49,820 nt of DNA from a virus. Made by a program: the position numbers and the translations under genes. The notes under the pieces were generated by a model, which was given only the letters and a program-made list of their open reading frames with translations, was not told the origin of the DNA and did no database searches. The stretch lies in the IMG/VR virus record IMGVR_UViG_3300014824_000003; one strand, given 5' to 3'. Shown piece after piece: positions 7,425 to 15,107 of the stretch; within the stretch, counting starts at the first letter, position 1; each line of letters opens with the position of its first letter.

Positions 7425-8279
7425 TTATACACCTAACAATCTATCAAGAAGATCGTCGTTTTCCTTTCTGGCGATTGCTGTTCGAATTGATTCGTCCGGG
7501 AACTGTACCGGAAGCGCCATTTTAACAATTCGATTTGTGATTCTGTCGTCAAAATTCAATTCTTCGATCTTGCAATTACTTGTAAAAATCGTGACGCGTT
7601 TTTCTATCATGCGGCCGTTCAGAATGTTGTAAAATCTTTCGTTGATCCAATCCTTCACGGCTTCAACGCCTATATCGTCGATCACAAGCACCGGCACCGA
7701 AACAATATCGTGAATCAACTTCTGTTCGGATTCTTCGTTCTTGCTGATTCCGCCCCAGGTTGCTTTTATCTGATCCAAAATCTGAATCGTTGTCGCAAAT
7801 TTCGCCTGAATGAATTTCTTTTCGATCAGGTCATTCGCGATAGAAACGGCCAGTCGTGTTTTTCCGGATCCCTTCACCCTGGAATAAAAATACAATCCCT
7901 TTCCGGTTTCCTGGATCTCGTCAAACTTTTCGACGTATCGTTTCGCGATTGTCTGGGCCATAGCCGCAAGTTCTCTATTCGCCGCCGTACTGTAACAATC
8001 CGTTTGAAAATTGTCTACCGTCTGTCCTTCGAATTCCTTTGGGATTGTCGCAAACTTCAAGCGACCGTTCAGCCGGTATCTTTGAAGGTATCCACACGAA
8101 CATTCGCGACAAAATTCGTGTCCGTCCGGCTCTTTCACCATTTCCCAGCCGGTATCGCGGCATTTTTCGCACCTATACGCCGGTGCGGTTTCTTCGGAAT
8201 CGTTCAAGTGCTTCGTTCGTAGTGCGATCAGATCCGGAAACATCTTCCTGATTGTGTCGCTGATCTGTTCTTCCGGCAT
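7425..8279 (-). CDS. DnaC/IstB-like AAA+ helicase loader with N-terminal zinc-finger-like CxxC pairs
   Basis: Walker A VKGSGKTRLA and Walker B VLVIDDIG. N-terminal CEKCRDTGW...CRECSCG. SD AAAGGGGGCG. Confidence 0.75.
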   Translation of the reverse strand: MPEEQISDTIRKMFPDLIALRTKHLNDSEETAPAYRCEKCRDTGWEMVKEPDGHEFCRECSCGYLQRYRLNGRLKFATIPKEFEGQTVDNFQTDCYSTAANRELAAMAQTIAKRYVEKFDEIQETGKGLYFYSRVKGSGKTRLAVSIANDLIEKKFIQAKFATTIQILDQIKATWGGISKNEESEQKLIHDIVSVPVLVIDDIGVEAVKDWINERFYNILNGRMIEKRVTIFTSNCKIEELNFDDRITNRIVKMALPVQFPDESIRTAIARKENDDLLDRLLGV

Positions 8280-9210
8280 TGCTTACGCCCCCTTTGTTTT
8301 GATACTGCCCTTCAAGAACTTTCAGGGCGTTTGTTTTATTGATTAACCAGTCGAAGGAACAACCATTCCACTTCCCGGATCTCCCGGAAAGGAAATCGCT
8401 GTTCTGTGCCGCCTGGAAGATTACGTGTAACTTCTTTTCCGGCTCAATACCAGGAAAGATTTTAAGTTTATCAAGTTCCTTCACCAGTGAACGGATCTTT
8501 GTTTTCCTTGCGTCGTTTAACGCGCGTATACCTGGAAGATCCGGACAAGTAGCGTGAAAGTCTTTCATGATCTCGTCATAAGATAAACGTTCAGATTTTC
8601 GGTCAGGAACTTCGGACGTTTTTTCCGAAGTTTCGAATATATCTTCGTTAGAAGATATATTATATATATTCTTATTCTTATTCTTATTCTGTTTCGTGAC
8701 TTCACGCTCTGTCACGCGTGACGTCACGTGACTTGTCACATTGTCTGTCACGTTTTCCGGTAAAGTTTCCGGATTTTCCGAAGAATTGTCCGGAAGCGCC
8801 GGCGTGTTACCAGCTTCCAGAAGCGCGCGTTTTTTCTCGCGTTCTCTCTGCTTTCGGATCCTTGCTTGTTCTCTGATTTTCTCCATTCCTTCGGTGTTCT
8901 GGTGCTTTTCGAAGTTGGAAATATAAATACCTTTTTCGGTTCGTTCGATCATTCGGAATTTCTCAAAAGTGCCAAGTGCCAGGCGAACGGTCGCCAGCGG
9001 CTTATTGAATATCGTCGCCAGCATTTCGTCACTGTAAGGGAATTCGTCTTCGATCAGGACAAGCCCTTTCGCGTTACATTTGCCGGCAAGCGCTATTATC
9101 CGGATCCAGATAACAAGAATCGCGTCGCCTTCCGGCATAGACTGAATAATTTTGATTTTTTCATCGTCGAACATGTCAACGCGAAGCTTGATCCAGTTAA
9201 TATCTGCCAT
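8173..9210 (-). CDS. Phage replisome organizer (N-terminal Phage_rep_org_N-like domain plus C-terminal FDWL...KVLEGQY domain)
   Basis: MADINWIKLRVDMFDDEKIKIIQSMPEGDAILVIWIRI is typical of the family. A low-complexity linker separates the domains. The 3' end overlaps the dnaC-like gene by 107 nt. Confidence 0.7.
   Translation of the reverse strand: MADINWIKLRVDMFDDEKIKIIQSMPEGDAILVIWIRIIALAGKCNAKGLVLIEDEFPYSDEMLATIFNKPLATVRLALGTFEKFRMIERTEKGIYISNFEKHQNTEGMEKIREQARIRKQREREKKRALLEAGNTPALPDNSSENPETLPENVTDNVTSHVTSRVTEREVTKQNKNKNKNIYNISSNEDIFETSEKTSEVPDRKSERLSYDEIMKDFHATCPDLPGIRALNDARKTKIRSLVKELDKLKIFPGIEPEKKLHVIFQAAQNSDFLSGRSGKWNGCSFDWLINKTNALKVLEGQYQNKGGVSNAGRTDQRHNQEDVSGSDRTTNEALERFRRNRTGV
8651..8751. 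other. Putative origin of replication inside the organizer gene: AT-rich/TTCTTA repeats plus clustered GTCAC/GTGAC palindromes
   Basis: gatatattatatatatt(cttatt)x3 is followed by 7 GTCAC/GTGAC pentamers in 56 bp, including the perfect palindromes GTCACGCGTGAC and GTGACGTCAC. Confidence 0.45.
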
Positions 9211-9225
9211 AGTAAAACACCGCCT

Positions 9226-10257
9226 TTATAAATATTTACTCATAATGTTTCTGCGCGAAAGCGGCTTCTTCTCTGTTGCCGGTTTCTTCTCCGGTTCCAG
9301 GTCGTCCAGGAAGTTCACGTCTTTTTTCATCGTACTTTCATGTGTTGCCGCCAGGTTCTTTTTTATCGCTTCTTTGTTCTCTGAAACCTTGTTATACACA
9401 ATATCAAGGCGTGTCTGTGGATAATTCAGTCCAGAAACACAACATATTGTGTTTCCGTCGTTGAAGGTCTGGAATGTGTCGATCGGCGTTCCTAAGTCTT
9501 TTTCGAGGTCTGCCATTCGTACATTGCCAGACAATGACGCCGTAATGTATTTAACAGCTCTATCTCCTTCGATCGGGGCGAAAGGTGTATTATGTATAGC
9601 CTTAATCACTTCGGCGCTTTCCTGGGCCTTCTGGCGTGTCACAACGGCCATTCCGTGGGCCTTTAATGTTTCGATGATCTCCGCCTTGTCAATATTGCCC
9701 TTTACGCTCTTGTGTTTTTCCGGAATATCCAGGAATGAACAAAAATCTTCGACGAAGCGCGAATTCAGTTCTAGCTTGTCTCCGTTGTTGTTATCCAGGA
9801 TAAAGCAAGAAGCAAGTCCCGGAATCTGTGTCAGTTCCGAAAAACATTCATAGGAATTCATGTGGCTTTTAACGCTTTCTTCCGGGTTCGGAATGATCGT
9901 CATGGCGCCGATTGTCTTTCCGTCGTCAATCAGAAGATCCGCAAGCATAGGGCCGGCGCCTGAACCGGTTCCGCCGCCGCTAGCGAAGATTACAAAAATC
10001 AATTCTGACTTGATCTTTGTTTCGATTTCTGCGGCGATCTGGTCGAAGTCGTCGATCACAAGCTGTTTCGCCTTTCTTCTGTCCTTGTTACAACCTTCTC
10101 CGTTCGGGATATGATACTTGAATTTCGCCTTTTCAAGCGTGTCAAGATCTTCCTGGCTTGTGTTGATGTAAAGCACGTTATAGCCCTTCTGTTCAAAAAG
10201 CTGTCCGATATTTCCGCCAGCCTGGCCGACGGCTACAAAAGCAATTTTATTTTTCAT
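9226..10257 (-). CDS. tubZ: Tubulin/FtsZ-superfamily GTPase, TubZ-like
   Basis: GQAGGNIG (T1 loop) and the tubulin signature ASGGGTGSGAGP. Overall layout resembles clostridial phage TubZ. Confidence 0.8.
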   Translation of the reverse strand: MKNKIAFVAVGQAGGNIGQLFEQKGYNVLYINTSQEDLDTLEKAKFKYHIPNGEGCNKDRRKAKQLVIDDFDQIAAEIETKIKSELIFVIFASGGGTGSGAGPMLADLLIDDGKTIGAMTIIPNPEESVKSHMNSYECFSELTQIPGLASCFILDNNNGDKLELNSRFVEDFCSFLDIPEKHKSVKGNIDKAEIIETLKAHGMAVVTRQKAQESAEVIKAIHNTPFAPIEGDRAVKYITASLSGNVRMADLEKDLGTPIDTFQTFNDGNTICCVSGLNYPQTRLDIVYNKVSENKEAIKKNLAATHESTMKKDVNFLDDLEPEKKPATEKKPLSRRNIMSKYL

Positions 10258-10627
10258 TGTCTGATTCTCCCTTCGTTGTATTATCGAACGTCTGTTGTTC
10301 GGTTTCTGCCGGAACGCTCCCGATATTCCGGGCGCCGGTCAAAATGATTTCCTGGCCGTTAATCTCATATAGCCACGTTCCGTATAGTCCGGAATGTAAA
10401 TCAATAACGCCCTGGTATGTGTCCCAGCATTTCGTTTCTTCGTTGTAGATCTGAACAGTCGCAAGCGATCCGTCCAGATCTGAATTCTTTTTCTGTTTTT
10501 CCGTTTCTTCGCGTGCCGTGTTGCTGTTGCCCAGAATGGCGGCCAGCGTTAAGAATATGGCCGCCAGCATTAAGAAGATAAGGCCGTGTAAAACAGAATT
10601 AGCAAAAAGTTTTTTATTTCGATTCAT
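10247..10627 (-). CDS. Membrane-anchored protein (126 aa) between tubR and tubZ
   Basis: N-terminal TM helix LHGLIFLMLAAIFLTLAAIL. Translationally coupled: overlaps tubR by 14 nt and tubZ by 11 nt. Confidence 0.6.
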   Translation of the reverse strand: MNRNKKLFANSVLHGLIFLMLAAIFLTLAAILGNSNTAREETEKQKKNSDLDGSLATVQIYNEETKCWDTYQGVIDLHSGLYGTWLYEINGQEIILTGARNIGSVPAETEQQTFDNTTKGESDNEK

Positions 10628-10874
10628 TCTTCGCCCTTTCCAGAAATTCGCACCCTTCCGGCGTTATGAAAAACGTGTCCGCCCGGCCTTCTTTCAAGCC
10701 GCGGCATATGTAGCCGGACTGTTCAAATTCCTTTATTTTCTTAAAAATTGTATTTTCCTTGTAACCACAATCTTCTTCTGTGTCGGTGATTTCCCGAACC
10801 GACATAGAACATAATTTGTTTGTTGCTCCGTTTGCTTTCAGAATCGAAAGCACCAGGAAGCCCAGTCTGTTCAT
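10614..10874 (-). CDS. tubR: Small winged-helix DNA-binding protein, TubR-like centromere binder
   Basis: 86 aa with a wHTH-like pattern. First gene of the tubZ operon, 17 nt downstream of the iteron array. Confidence 0.55.
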   Translation of the reverse strand: MNRLGFLVLSILKANGATNKLCSMSVREITDTEEDCGYKENTIFKKIKEFEQSGYICRGLKEGRADTFFITPEGCEFLERAKNESK

Positions 10875-10890
10875 TCTTTCACCGTCCTTT

Positions 10891-10970
10891 CTAACTCTGA
10901 TAAACTCTGATTATCTCTGATTTACTCTGATAAACTCTGATTATCTCTGATTTACTCTGATAAACTCTGA
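10891..10970. repeat. tubC-like centromere: eight tandem 10-bp iterons NNNNCTCTGA (30-bp super-unit taaactctgattatctctgatttactctga)
   Basis: Read directly: ctaactctga taaactctga ttatctctga tttactctga, repeated. Confidence 0.85.
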
Positions 10971-11212
10971 TTTTTTGAAAGTAAATATTCAGGGATAGTC
11001 GGTTCGCCGCGTTCAGTTTTGATTTCTTCAAGGCTCTTTCCGTCCAGAAATGCCTTCTGATCCATCGAACCGCACGTCGGACATTCTGCTATACAGATAC
11101 ACGATAAAAAGACGTGTCCGCACTTGTTACATTTCATTTTCCAGAACGGATCCGTCACCCGTGTAATGCCGTCAGAATAATATCTTCTGGCGCTTGCGCC
11201 GATTCTTGACAT
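10952..11212 (-). CDS. Zinc-ribbon protein (86 aa)
   Basis: CNKCGH...CPTCGS. The last 6 codons are encoded by the iteron array. Confidence 0.55.
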   Translation of the reverse strand: MSRIGASARRYYSDGITRVTDPFWKMKCNKCGHVFLSCICIAECPTCGSMDQKAFLDGKSLEEIKTERGEPTIPEYLLSKNQSLSE

Positions 11213-11311
11213 TTTTACACTTTTCCTTTACAATAAATAAAGGCTGTGCTTTCACGGGTACGGTCAAAAGCGTAACGTCCGAGGGGCCAAACTTCCGCGT
11301 TGCGCTTTTTA

Positions 11312-11488
11312 TTATGCGGAATTAGCCGGAACGGTTATTGTGTCCGTCATAATTCCGATTGTCATAGCTTCCAGGGCGCCAGCAAGGGCGCCGTCAAGTT
11401 CTTCCTGGGAATTGATCCCGAAGTTTTTCAAAATGTCTTTCAGGCGTTCCGCCTGGCTCTTATTTCCAATATCAGAAGTCTTCTTCAT
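11312..11488 (-). CDS. Hypothetical protein (58 aa, MKKTSDIGNKSQAERLKDILKNFGINSQEELDGAL...)
   Basis: Hand translation. ATG 11488 is preceded by TAAGGCGGTG. Below the ORF-track cutoff. Confidence 0.5.
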   Translation of the reverse strand: MKKTSDIGNKSQAERLKDILKNFGINSQEELDGALAGALEAMTIGIMTDTITVPANSA

Positions 11489-11500
11489 AGAATCACCGCC

Positions 11501-12016
11501 TTAATAGTATTTATCCGGGGCCATAACGTGGAACCATTCGGCGCGTCCCTGGTATTTCCAGTCCACACGAAGATATTCCTTTTCCTGGGTGGAAACGGCG
11601 TCCACGTCGGCCATCGTCTTTCCTTCGTCCATGTACTTCTTGAACTTCTTCGTTCTTCCGTTTGCTTTTAAGATGATCCATTCGCGGCCGATCTCCCAGC
11701 GAATATTTCGCTGTTCGTCTTCGTCCCATTCCGGGGCGGAATAATAATCATATTCTTTCACGTAATGAACCGATTTTGGCCACATGGTTATTTTTGTATT
11801 CATTCCCAGGCTGTTCATGTGCGTGACACAATAGCTTTCGAACAGTTCTTTCTGTTCCTGGGTTAAATCTTCGTAGCCGTCCGTTTCGCGAATATCGAAT
11901 CCGTGAATGTTCAAAATGTCTTCGGCCGATCTCAAACGATAATCGGAACGACCGAATTTTTCATATAACGCGCAAACTTCTTTGTAACTGGTTCGATTTG
12001 TTGGTTTTCTTCTCAT
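11501..12016 (-). CDS. Hypothetical protein (171 aa)
   Basis: ORF track; SD GAAAGGTGG. Confidence 0.55.
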   Translation of the reverse strand: MRRKPTNRTSYKEVCALYEKFGRSDYRLRSAEDILNIHGFDIRETDGYEDLTQEQKELFESYCVTHMNSLGMNTKITMWPKSVHYVKEYDYYSAPEWDEDEQRNIRWEIGREWIILKANGRTKKFKKYMDEGKTMADVDAVSTQEKEYLRVDWKYQGRAEWFHVMAPDKYY

Positions 12017-12052
12017 AGTTCCACCTTTCTGGCCGTTTATCCGGCCTATTAG

Positions 12053-12068
12053 CCACGCTATCGCGTGG
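12053..12068 (-). other. Hairpin CCACGC-GATA-GCGTGG downstream of VR2 (DGR target-recognition-type stem-loop)
   Basis: 6-bp GC-rich stem with a 4-nt loop, 16 nt 3' of the target-2 stop. Same architecture as 26315-26334. Confidence 0.55.
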
Positions 12069-12083
12069 GTAAACAGATTACAG

Positions 12084-13055
12084 TTATCGGCGAACAGGTT
12101 CCCCTAAACAAGCGGAGAAAAAGCCGTGGTTCGTCCCGACGTTCGAACGTTCGTAGTACAAGTTCAACGCGGAAGGGCCAGCGCGCGAAGGGTTGCCGCA
12201 ACTGCCACCCACGATCGGGATTGCTTCTTCCAGATCGGCGTCTGCTGATAACCATTCCGAATTTTCCTTCATGTCGTCCGTGATGATTCCTAAGTCTTTC
12301 AGGATCTGCGGAACTTCGGTCAAATTGACGTATGTTTCCGATCTCATTCCACCGGCCCAGCCGTCAACCTTTTCTTTGTCGGTCGTGATAACAAGTTCGC
12401 CGTCTTCGTTTGCTCCTATCCTTACCGGATCCGGGAACGGAAGATCGTCAACGTGTACTTCCTGGAATTCTTCCGAAGAAATCGAAAGATCCGCGTCAGG
12501 TGCCGCCGCGTCGTTATCCGGCATATACTGGATCACGCCGCTTTTCAATCGAAGTCCGGCAATCATTTTCCAGACAAGCCCGACCACATCAGCGATTCCA
12601 GTTTCTTTATTTCCGTTGTGGAACCAATTCGCCGGGCCGGTGCCGGTCAGCGTTCTTCCACAATTCGGAATACCGATTCCGACTTCCGTTTCGTCATTGT
12701 GATACTTGCCGAAGCTTGTATTTCCGTGAATATCCGGAATTGTATGTTCGCGAATATACTTCCATTCCGCCCAGGTCAGCAAGTGCCAGCCGCGGCCCTT
12801 TCTCTTACATGCGGCGATTGCTTCGTCGAAGTTAATTCTTACGGCCGGATCAACCGCCGGCAACGAATACGCGCGTCCGTTTCTGATACAATTAACGAAC
12901 TGGCTTAAATAAATGGAATCATATTCCACACCGCGGACGAAAAACATTCGATCCGCTTCTTCCGGTGTCTTCGCCGTGTTCTCAACTTTCAGCATGATTG
13001 AAGGAATTCCCATGTCGTCATACTTTAAAACAATAGATTCTTTCGTGTTACTCAT
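12084..13055 (-). CDS. DGR target protein 2 (FGE/C-type-lectin-fold variable protein, paralog of 26364-27413)
   Basis: The C-terminal 36 codons are VR2. GRAYSLPAVDP...GWHLLTWAEWKYI...GPANWFH aligns with target 1. Confidence 0.85.
   Translation of the reverse strand: MSNTKESIVLKYDDMGIPSIMLKVENTAKTPEEADRMFFVRGVEYDSIYLSQFVNCIRNGRAYSLPAVDPAVRINFDEAIAACKRKGRGWHLLTWAEWKYIREHTIPDIHGNTSFGKYHNDETEVGIGIPNCGRTLTGTGPANWFHNGNKETGIADVVGLVWKMIAGLRLKSGVIQYMPDNDAAAPDADLSISSEEFQEVHVDDLPFPDPVRIGANEDGELVITTDKEKVDGWAGGMRSETYVNLTEVPQILKDLGIITDDMKENSEWLSADADLEEAIPIVGGSCGNPSRAGPSALNLYYERSNVGTNHGFFSACLGEPVRR
12110..12218 (-). repeat. DGR variable region VR2
   Basis: 109 bp align to TR 25721-25829 with 9 mismatches. 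All 9 fall at TR plus-strand T, which is coding-strand A. Confidence 0.9.
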
Positions 13056-13294
13056 TCGCTTATTTCCTCACTTTCCTTTTTGTCGAACATTCCCAGGCGT
13101 GCGCCCAACTCAACGCACCCCAAAACAATTTGTGTCAGGTCTTTTCCAGATACACCAGCAAATTCAAAACTTAACGTCGATTCGCCGTTCGGTTCGTCTT
13201 TGATATGACAGAAGAAACCTTTTTCGACGGTTTTACTTGTTCCGTCGGTGTAATTGAAAACAAAATTCTTGATTTCCTTTTCCTGATTGCTCAT
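13052..13294 (-). CDS. Hypothetical protein (80 aa)
   Basis: ORF track; SD AAAGGAGCG. Confidence 0.5.
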   Translation of the reverse strand: MSNQEKEIKNFVFNYTDGTSKTVEKGFFCHIKDEPNGESTLSFEFAGVSGKDLTQIVLGCVELGARLGMFDKKESEEISE

Positions 13295-13298
13295 GTTT

Positions 13299-13586
13299 TC
13301 ACGCTCCTTTTGCTGGAAGTTCCAGTTCTGAAACGTGGAACAAATGTCCTAACGCTCCGATTTTTCCATAAACAACTTCATTGTCGATCGGAACTTTGAA
13401 GTCTTGTGATCCGGTTCTAATCGCATACATCATTGCGGCCGGGTTTCCGTTGCTGTTCATCCAGGACGTGCCGCCGTTTACATTTTCCCAATAGTCTTCG
13501 ATTGTGAAATCGGCACCGCCGAACTTCTGAATGTCTTTTCTAATCTTCACTGTTTGTCCGGCAAATCTGAATTTTTCTCTTTTCAT
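13299..13586 (-). CDS. Hypothetical protein (95 aa from ATG 13586)
   Basis: SD GAAAGGAAATAAGCGA precedes ATG 13586. The track ORF extends to 13637. Confidence 0.5.
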   Translation of the reverse strand: MKREKFRFAGQTVKIRKDIQKFGGADFTIEDYWENVNGGTSWMNSNGNPAAMMYAIRTGSQDFKVPIDNEVVYGKIGALGHLFHVSELELPAKGA

Positions 13587-13689
13587 TCGCTTATTTCCTT
13601 TCTTCGCTATTAAATTGTAAGTGCTTATTTCCAACATCAGCCGCCGATTGCAGTCGGTTGTTCCGGCTATATGTCGAAGTGCTGGCGGC

Positions 13690-13845
13690 CTATCTGGCCG
13701 CCGTTGCGGTCTGTTTCTCTTGCAGATCCAGGCCGATAATAATTCCCTGGATAAGATTTTTCTTTTCCGGTGGAAGTGACATAATCACGCGGATAAAAGA
13801 TTTGTCTTCGTCGCGTACTGTTGTAATGTTCTTTTCGTTTGCCAT
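13690..13845 (-). CDS. Small protein (51 aa), first gene of the early minus-strand operon
   Basis: Hand translation MANEKNITTVRDEDKSFIRVIMSLPPEKKNLIQGIIIGLDLQEKQTATAAR. SD AAGGGGG lies 8 nt upstream. Confidence 0.45.
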   Translation of the reverse strand: MANEKNITTVRDEDKSFIRVIMSLPPEKKNLIQGIIIGLDLQEKQTATAAR

Positions 13846-13874
13846 AAGTACGGCCCCCTTTCTGTTGTTTTTTA

Positions 13875-13998
13875 GTTCGTCAACCGCTTCTGTTTGGTTG
13901 ATAAGCCAAGTATATATGTTTTATTTTGGTTTGTCAACCATTTTTACAAAAAATATAAAAATATTTTGGTTGACGAACCAAAGAAATAATGATATTAT
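13875..13998. promoter_or_regulatory. Immunity switch: divergent promoters with TTGGTT-N4-AACCAA-type operators
   Basis: Plus strand: TTGACG(13970)-17-TATTAT(13993). Minus strand: TTGACA(13937-13932)-17-TATACT(13914-13909). Palindromes at 13966-13981 (perfect), 13927-13940, 13894-13909 and 13875-13886 overlap the -35 boxes. Confidence 0.6.
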
Positions 13999-14027
13999 GT
14001 GTTCATAAAACGAAAGGGGGTGACGTG

Positions 14028-14486
14028 ATGAATGAAAGAATCCGTTGCTTACGCGAAGAAATAGGTCTTTCGCGCGCGGCTTTCGGTCAAAGAATAGGTG
14101 TAAGCGGCGACGTAATAAATAATTTAGAACGTGGTCGTGTAGAGATAAAAGAACCTATGATAAAACTTATCTGTTCCGAGTTTTCCATAAATGAAGAATG
14201 GTTAAGAACCGGATCCGGAGAAATGAAAGTAAAAAGTCCTTCTGATACTATGGATCAGTTAAAAAAGGAATTTAATCTTGACGATTTCAGTTATAATCTG
14301 GTTTACCAGTATTTGAAATTAGACGCCGATCAGCGTCAGACGGTAAGAGATTTCTTTTATAATGTGGTTGAATCAGGAAGTATGGACGAAGACTTGTTCG
14401 GTGATGTACCGAAAACGCCGGAAGAACTGGAAAAGGAATTTCCGCCGGTCGAAGAAAAACCGGTTCGGAATAAAGAAACGGGCTAG
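14028..14486 (+). CDS. CI-like XRE-family repressor
   Basis: HTH LSRAAFGQRIGVSGDVINNLERGR plus a C-terminal domain. SD AAAGGGGGTGA. Divergent from the early operon. Confidence 0.75.
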   Translation: MNERIRCLREEIGLSRAAFGQRIGVSGDVINNLERGRVEIKEPMIKLICSEFSINEEWLRTGSGEMKVKSPSDTMDQLKKEFNLDDFSYNLVYQYLKLDADQRQTVRDFFYNVVESGSMDEDLFGDVPKTPEELEKEFPPVEEKPVRNKETG

Positions 14487-14597
14487 GCGTTTAAAACGCC
14501 CGGCCTTGCCTATAAGGCTACCAGATCAACAAGTATATCTTCGTCCTTCCATTAAATTTCAAATTATAATACATTGTTTTGCAATTTGCGTAATAGA

Positions 14598-14620
14598 CCG
14601 CGTAAACGCGGCGGCTTTTG
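14598..14620 (+). terminator. Terminator-like hairpin CCGCG-TAAA-CGCGG followed by a T run
   Basis: Read directly; followed by cggcttttg. Confidence 0.4.
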
Positions 14621-14736
14621 TATTCTATGTATTTAATTATCATTAGCACCACCCCTTTTCCAGAAAAAGGCCGGGCTAAACTATTATAAATTTAATGGTC
14701 GGCAAGGTATACTGGTAATTTTTGGAAGGTGATATT

Positions 14737-15093
14737 GTGGTTTTAAAAATAATAATTGGTGCCGTTGTCGTCTTCCTGGCCGTGTGGGCCTGGAAGATCC
14801 GAATATATTTGAAATGGCAAAAGAAGGCGAAGGCGAATGTTGCGCCGTTCTATCGTTTCCCGGAAAGAATTCACCAGTTACCAGCCCAGAAAGAAAAGCT
14901 TCGTCAGGCAAAAGAAGAAAGCTTCATAGTTCACTTCCAGGACGAAGAAAAAGGGCTTGCAAGGATAAAAGCAGAATCCGATCCGGAAGAAGTCTGGTGT
15001 AATCTGGGAATGTGCCAGTGTGCAACATACAAGGCGGATCACCGTCCTTGTAAACACATATATAAAATCGCCCTGATGAAAGGGCTTATATAG
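14737..15093 (+). CDS. Membrane-anchored protein with SWIM-type zinc finger
   Basis: GTG 14737 follows SD GGAAGGTGA. TM helix LKIIIGAVVVFLAVWAW. CQCATYKADHRPCKHIY fits CxCxnCxH. Confidence 0.55.
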   Translation: MVLKIIIGAVVVFLAVWAWKIRIYLKWQKKAKANVAPFYRFPERIHQLPAQKEKLRQAKEESFIVHFQDEEKGLARIKAESDPEEVWCNLGMCQCATYKADHRPCKHIYKIALMKGLI

Positions 15094-15107
15094 AAAGGAA
15101 TAGGACT

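Noticed and set aside
8173-8279. 107-nt overlap between the replisome organizer and the DnaC-like gene as evidence for a frameshift or pseudogene
   Set aside because: The recognisable organizer C-terminal motif (KVLEGQY) ends just before the dnaC-like SD and ATG. The overlapping tail looks like a run-on to the next stop. There are no split domains, so I see no need to invoke a frameshift. A single-base indel cannot be excluded.
10891-10970. Possible CRISPR array
   Set aside because: The period is only 10 bp with no unique spacers. Its position directly upstream of a wHTH-tubulin operon fits a centromere or operator array instead.
12058-12283. Short ORFs on both strands over VR2 (65 and 72 aa)
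   Set aside because: They are nested in, or antisense to, the C-terminus of DGR target 2. Their products are Arg/Ser-rich junk.
13058-13077. 20-nt identity (gcttatttcctcactttcct) between the leader of DGR target 2 and the leader of the tail chaperone gene (37872-37891)
   Set aside because: The shared string is the SD region (AGGAAAGTGAGGAAATAAGC) just before the ATG. It is most likely a preferred translation-initiation sequence, and a 16-nt version occurs at 13587 as well. It is too short to argue for recombination.
14684-14911. 75-aa minus-strand ORF opposite the SWIM-protein gene
   Set aside because: It is antisense to a plus-strand gene with a good SD, has a proline/serine-rich product and no RBS.
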